From NCBI GenBank assembly GCA_903860135.1, contig CAIOPG010000009.1, forward strand, positions 111,805 through 175,804: a stretch of DNA of 64,000 nt, given 5' to 3'. The notes under the pieces are model-generated. The model was given only the letters and a program-made list of their open reading frames with translations. It searched no databases and was not told where the DNA came from. Made by a program: the position numbers and the translations under genes. Shown here piece after piece: positions 60,262 through 64,000 of the stretch (positions are counted from its first letter, which is position 1; each line of letters starts with the position of its first letter). The DNA is from Candidatus Omnitrophota bacterium (GTDB lineage Bacteria > Omnitrophota > Gorgyraeia > Zapsychrales > Fredricksoniimonadaceae).

Positions 60262-62721
60262 TTATTTCAACTGGCCTTCCCCGATTTCAACATCCAGTCG
60301 ACAAAAAACCAAATAGGCCACTAAGTATATCGCCAGGGCCAAAAATAAGACTGCTTTAAAATCCATAAATTGAGCCAAAATAATGGCCAACATAGAACCT
60401 AGAACACTGAAACCGCAGTTAATGCCCCAAGCCCAAGGGATACCAGCGTTGCCACGCATTTCAATAATCTTAAGACCTTGGGGGAAGAAAATCCCCAAAG
60501 TAAAACCTATCGGTGCCAACAAAGCAACAACCAGTCCCACCCGAGCTGCAAAAGTCCAGCCTACAGCTGTGTTAACAATTGTTGTGCCAATACCAGTCAA
60601 AGTTAAGATCAAGAACATAATTGCCATCACCGCCGCGAGAACAACATTCTTCTTGTTCCCTCCGAAGAGACGCTGTACAAAAGGAAGGCACAGGCTTCCC
60701 ACGCCCGTCCAAAAGAGAAGCGCTGCGAGGACTACTGAAAGTGAACATATTGGCGTCCCTAGAATCAAAACGAACTTTTGCATTAAAGAGATCTCAATGA
60801 ACATATACCCGAACCCAAGACACGCGAAATAGACAATAAATGGAGCTACGATCTTCCCGGGGAATTCCTGAGGATCAATCCTTCGCCAGAGAATTAATGG
60901 GCCCATAATAAAAACAATGATGAAAATCGTCGCTTGGAGCAAAACCAGGAATTGTGTCCAAAAGATCACTGTACCAGTATGGTGAGTCACCTTAGGCTTG
61001 AGTATATCGGACCAATGGAATTTATAATATTTATAAAAGAAAGGATTATCATCCGTAACGACGGAAATGTCGTAAAGGTATTTGTTTACAAATATATTCT
61101 GTTGCCCTTGCTTAAAGAATTCCGCATATGCATCAAAGGCCTTATACAGATCATCGCCGATCTCCTTGTCCCTTTTTGATGGATACAGAAGAACCATCTC
61201 ATGGGAATGCAGAAAACCGATAAGCTTACGAAAATCTTCATCAGTGAAAACCGTCTTCTTAACAATGGTTATGGACCATCCCTTGTTCATGACGATGATA
61301 ACATGTTCCCACGGATTTTTGATACCCATTGTCCGCAAAGCCTCGAGAGCGATCGCCTCCAACCGTAGTGTTTCGCGAGGAGGTCGAAAGAGCCATCGAT
61401 TGAAAACAACGATACCATTATCATTGAGTATATTGAGATAATCTATCATTGCTTCTTTAGTATAAAGAAAGCTTTCGGCGTAGGCATAAGCCCCCGAAAA
61501 AAGCCCTGAGAACGTGTCCACGCCATTAAGAACGATCAAATCGTAATAATTTCTCGGAGCGACCTTAACCACATGGCGACCATCAAACGGCTTAACATTC
61601 GCCCAATCATATAGACGGCCTGAATATTCATACATATCCCCACCAGCAGACATAGCCCGAAAGGTCTCTGTGTTGATCTCCGCCCCGACAATCTCTTTGG
61701 CCCCGTGGGTCTTGGCCATAAAAATATCCCGTCCGCCCCCAGTCCCAATAATGAACACCTTAGGCTCATTTAACAACACATAAGGTGCTTCCATCGGCTG
61801 ACTGAAAAGCGAAATCTTAAAAGGAGCCTCACCTTTTTTAGGATAACGAAAAACGGGCGTCCCTGCTAAAAAGTTTGTCGAAAAATATGAGAACTCTGGC
61901 ATGGGATCGATATTGATTTGGAATGTACCCGCCGCGGTTTGTGCCATATACTGGCGAACATCCGGGTTCTTTATTCTATAAATATCAGTCCTTCCCATGG
62001 GATGCCAGCGGGCTGAAATCCGCTCAAAATCCTGCGCTTTAAAATGGCCGGGAATCCACTCCCATCCTTTGGCAGGATCAACCGTATAATTAACAGGTTC
62101 CGGCAACGCTCTGAACGCTAAAAGAAGCAATAACAAACTCACCCCGATCGCGATCCAACGACGATGCGCGAACAAAATGGCACCACCCAACGCCAAAGAA
62201 GCAAAGGAAAGGACGATCAATGAATGGACAACGGCAAAATGCATTAGAAAGAAGAAAAAGGCAGCAGCACCCATGGCCGCACCTAATAAATCAATAAAAT
62301 ACAAACGATGCGTTTCTTTGGGTAAAGTCGAAAATATATGGACAATCACAAACCCAATGAGCACAAAAGGGAGCATGAACATCGTATACGCCAGGAGCAA
62401 CATGGCCAATGCCTTGGATGTTACAAAAACATTCAACAAATATTCGACCCTGATGGGAAGATAAATAATTGTGTATGTGCTTATTAAAATAACAGCACCC
62501 AAGACAAATAATAGCTTAGCCAGCAACCGCTTGGAAGCATCCGGTGAAAGTTTCTTATTCCAAATTAATTGAATATTAGCACCGATCCCATAACCCAGGA
62601 TGGCAAAAGGAATAACGGTATAAACCACATGATTCCAGGCCTTCAGGTTCAACATCTTCGTCCAGAAAAGCTCCAGAAGGATGCAAAGAAAAGAAACAAA
62701 AAAGACAATAATGTAAGACAT
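60262..62721 (-). CDS. Membrane-embedded spermidine-synthase-like SAM-dependent transferase
   Basis: TM blocks flank a class I SAM-binding domain (IIGTGGGRDI, GAEIN, DGR, YDLI); TDDNPFF, PWAWGIN motifs. Confidence 0.75.
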   Translation of the reverse strand: MSYIIVFFVSFLCILLELFWTKMLNLKAWNHVVYTVIPFAILGYGIGANIQLIWNKKLSPDASKRLLAKLLFVLGAVILISTYTIIYLPIRVEYLLNVFVTSKALAMLLLAYTMFMLPFVLIGFVIVHIFSTLPKETHRLYFIDLLGAAMGAAAFFFFLMHFAVVHSLIVLSFASLALGGAILFAHRRWIAIGVSLLLLLLAFRALPEPVNYTVDPAKGWEWIPGHFKAQDFERISARWHPMGRTDIYRIKNPDVRQYMAQTAAGTFQINIDPMPEFSYFSTNFLAGTPVFRYPKKGEAPFKISLFSQPMEAPYVLLNEPKVFIIGTGGGRDIFMAKTHGAKEIVGAEINTETFRAMSAGGDMYEYSGRLYDWANVKPFDGRHVVKVAPRNYYDLIVLNGVDTFSGLFSGAYAYAESFLYTKEAMIDYLNILNDNGIVVFNRWLFRPPRETLRLEAIALEALRTMGIKNPWEHVIIVMNKGWSITIVKKTVFTDEDFRKLIGFLHSHEMVLLYPSKRDKEIGDDLYKAFDAYAEFFKQGQQNIFVNKYLYDISVVTDDNPFFYKYYKFHWSDILKPKVTHHTGTVIFWTQFLVLLQATIFIIVFIMGPLILWRRIDPQEFPGKIVAPFIVYFACLGFGYMFIEISLMQKFVLILGTPICSLSVVLAALLFWTGVGSLCLPFVQRLFGGNKKNVVLAAVMAIMFLILTLTGIGTTIVNTAVGWTFAARVGLVVALLAPIGFTLGIFFPQGLKIIEMRGNAGIPWAWGINCGFSVLGSMLAIILAQFMDFKAVLFLALAIYLVAYLVFCRLDVEIGEGQLK

Positions 62722-62733
62722 CTACTTCTCCCG

Positions 62734-62771
62734 ATTAAACCCGGTTCATGTCCTGACCGTCTTTCATCGAC
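62734..62771. repeat. 38-bp element, copy B
   Basis: ATTAAACCCGGTTCATGTCCTGACCGTCTTTCATCGAC. Confidence 0.8.
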
Positions 62772-62840
62772 AATTGAGGATAAAGGCAGCCTAAAACATT
62801 TGATTGTGCGTAAAAGAGGTTTGGGAATAAAAAGAAAAAG

Positions 62841-62915
62841 TGCCGAGGGAGAGACTTGAACTCTCGACCTAGCGGGTATGAACCGCTCGCTCTAAACCAA
62901 CTGAGCTACCTCGGC
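62841..62915 (-). tRNA. tRNA-Met(CAT), likely elongator
   Basis: GCCGAGG/CCTCGGC acceptor (G1:C72 paired, so not initiator), AGCGG-TTCATAC-CCGCT arm, GTTCAAGTC. Ile2 not fully excluded. Confidence 0.9.
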
Positions 62916-62956
62916 AAAATCATTGGGACTAAGCCACGCTACTAAAATGTTGCGGA

Positions 62957-62985
62957 ATTATAGGACAAACCCGCATGAAGTTCAA
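62957..62985 (-). promoter_or_regulatory. Sigma70 promoter of tRNA-Met
   Basis: TTGAAC-17 nt-TATAAT. Confidence 0.7.
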
Positions 62986-62993
62986 GCAGGAAA

Positions 62994-63302
62994 TTAATAA
63001 CGTGTAAAGAAAACAATATACAGCAACCCGAGGATGACCAAAAACGCGGCGATATAAACATCGTTGTAAAAAAACAGATCACGCGCGCGCTCCTGGACTG
63101 TATAAGGGAACTTGACTGTTTCCGACGCGACATCACCCGAAGACTTCAACTGCAGGACTTCGTCCCGCTTGAGGCGCAAATACTGCCCGGCAATATGATA
63201 CGCGTGAAGCTTCTTCCCGTCGACAAGCTCCATCAGCTTCCCTTCGGAAACTTTCAGCATCTGCGCCGCCTCGCGCACGGTCACATACGGCCTGTTCATC
63301 AT
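62994..63302 (-). CDS. HTH_17 (excisionase/MerR-like) domain protein with C-terminal TM anchor
   Basis: YVTVREAAQMLKVS..GKKLHAYHIAGQYLRLKRDEV; hydrophobic C-terminal helix. Confidence 0.8.
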   Translation of the reverse strand: MMNRPYVTVREAAQMLKVSEGKLMELVDGKKLHAYHIAGQYLRLKRDEVLQLKSSGDVASETVKFPYTVQERARDLFFYNDVYIAAFLVILGLLYIVFFTRY

Positions 63303-63844
63303 TTGCTAGTCCCTGCCGCCGCCCACTGGTCTATCTGGGCGCGTTCAAACTTGTAAACATCGCCTTCCATAACAACAGGGATCTTCCCCGCCCTGACAAG
63401 TTCAAGGATAACACCTTCCTCGATCTCAAGATATGCCGACAAACCCTTCAGATCGAACAACTCTGCCGCAGGTGCCGCTTCTTCCGCGGTCATGTGGCAA
63501 TGACCCTGAAAGATGGCCCCTTCGACCACATTGAGCTTCGGGGCATGGATATCACCGATCAATACCGCCGTCGGCATGAGCGTCAGAAGGCGCGTGGCAT
63601 TGACCGTGCCTTTCACCTTGCCGGCGATCACAATATTATCACCTGTTATGTCCGCCTCCACATCCGCACAGGTACCAACCGTCAGGGCTCCCTTCACATC
63701 CAGACTTCCCCTGAAATGACCGTTGATCCTTAGATCAACAGGCTCCTGAAAAGAAAGCGACCCATTCATCTGCGCATTGAGTTCTATCACATTAAGCGCA
63801 CCTGGCTCAGATAGCTTAACCGGTTTCTTGTCACCAAAAGCCAT
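63299..63844 (-). CDS. Bactofilin (polymer-forming cytoskeletal) domain fused to a C-terminal HTH_17 domain
   Basis: LRINGHFRGSL..IVIAGKVKGTV..GDIHAPKLNVVEGAIFQGHC, then FDLKGLSAYLEI..AGKIP..YKFERAQIDQW. Confidence 0.85.
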   Translation of the reverse strand: MAFGDKKPVKLSEPGALNVIELNAQMNGSLSFQEPVDLRINGHFRGSLDVKGALTVGTCADVEADITGDNIVIAGKVKGTVNATRLLTLMPTAVLIGDIHAPKLNVVEGAIFQGHCHMTAEEAAPAAELFDLKGLSAYLEIEEGVILELVRAGKIPVVMEGDVYKFERAQIDQWAAAGTSK

Positions 63845-63898
63845 ATAAACTCCTTGTTATGCCCTACGGATACATTTTCAAATCACTATATGTTGATC

Positions 63899-63927
63899 AG
63901 GTTAACAAAAGAAAGCCTTCCCGTCAA
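63899..63927 (-). promoter_or_regulatory. Putative promoter of the bactofilin-HTH operon
   Basis: TTGACG-17 nt-TAACCT with extended TG. Confidence 0.45.
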
Positions 63928-64000
63928 CGCGAAGCGTGGATGTGCGCCAGACCCGCTACCATGGCCGCATTGTCCATGCACAACGACAAAGGCGGAAAAC
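63924..64000 (-). CDS. tsaD: tRNA threonylcarbamoyltransferase TsaD, C-terminal end
   Basis: Manual translation FPPLSLCMDNAAMVAGLAHIHASR*; matches the CxDNAAM motif. Confidence 0.8.
   Translation of the reverse strand, partial: FPPLSLCMDNAAMVAGLAHIHASR

Noticed and set aside
62734-62771. Guanidine-III riboswitch (CGGTCAGGACA similarity) or integron attC
   Set aside because: The upstream CCG..CGAGG and pseudoknot partner are missing; no RYYYAAC/GTTRRRY pair and no integrase.
62994-63302. Excisionase indicating a prophage or ICE at tRNA-Met
   Set aside because: No integrase, no direct repeat of the tRNA 3' end, a TM anchor is present, and the gene is coupled to bactofilin.
1-64000. CRISPR arrays, rRNA, transposases
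   Set aside because: No regularly spaced repeat-spacer array, rRNA-like sequence or transposase/integrase motif seen by eye.

Overview
64-kb chromosomal window from a diderm bacterium. The gene set suggests the PVC superphylum, possibly Omnitrophota; this is inference, not a database result. Almost all genes are on the minus strand. Left to right: (1) 1-8.9 kb, a secretion operon of TolC, three HlyD-type adaptors (one plain, one GAF-fused, one fused to an M50 protease with a PqqD/RRE-like N-terminus), a truncated SecA_DEAD ATPase, and the start of an unannotated LEPR-XLL-leader protein running off the left edge. No ABC or RND transporter is present in the operon. (2) 9.2-18 kb, lipid/envelope genes (LplT-Aas fusion, hydrolase, DUF2339, acyltransferase), two unannotated small ORFs, and an AAA-wHTH ATPase preceded by a phased 10-bp operator array. 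(3) 18.2-44.8 kb, an AT-richer Wzm/Wzt surface-glycan cluster with six radical-SAM domains (four B12-dependent), AsnB, a carbamoyltransferase and a PP-loop ATPase-cysteine desulfurase fusion. (4) 45-64 kb, mostly housekeeping genes (tRNA-Tyr/Thr/Met, recN, PPi-PFK, acpS, pdxJ, cdaA plus a 32-aa mini-CdaR, folP, ftsH, tilS, tsaD end), several GT-C-like membrane proteins, a duplicated 38-bp leader element and a bactofilin-HTH fusion. Best candidates for novel systems: the SecA/M50-driven TolC export of a LEPR-XLL protein, and a possibly sulfur-inserting, radical-SAM-tailored glycan pathway. All calls come from motif recognition and manual translation; no searches were run.
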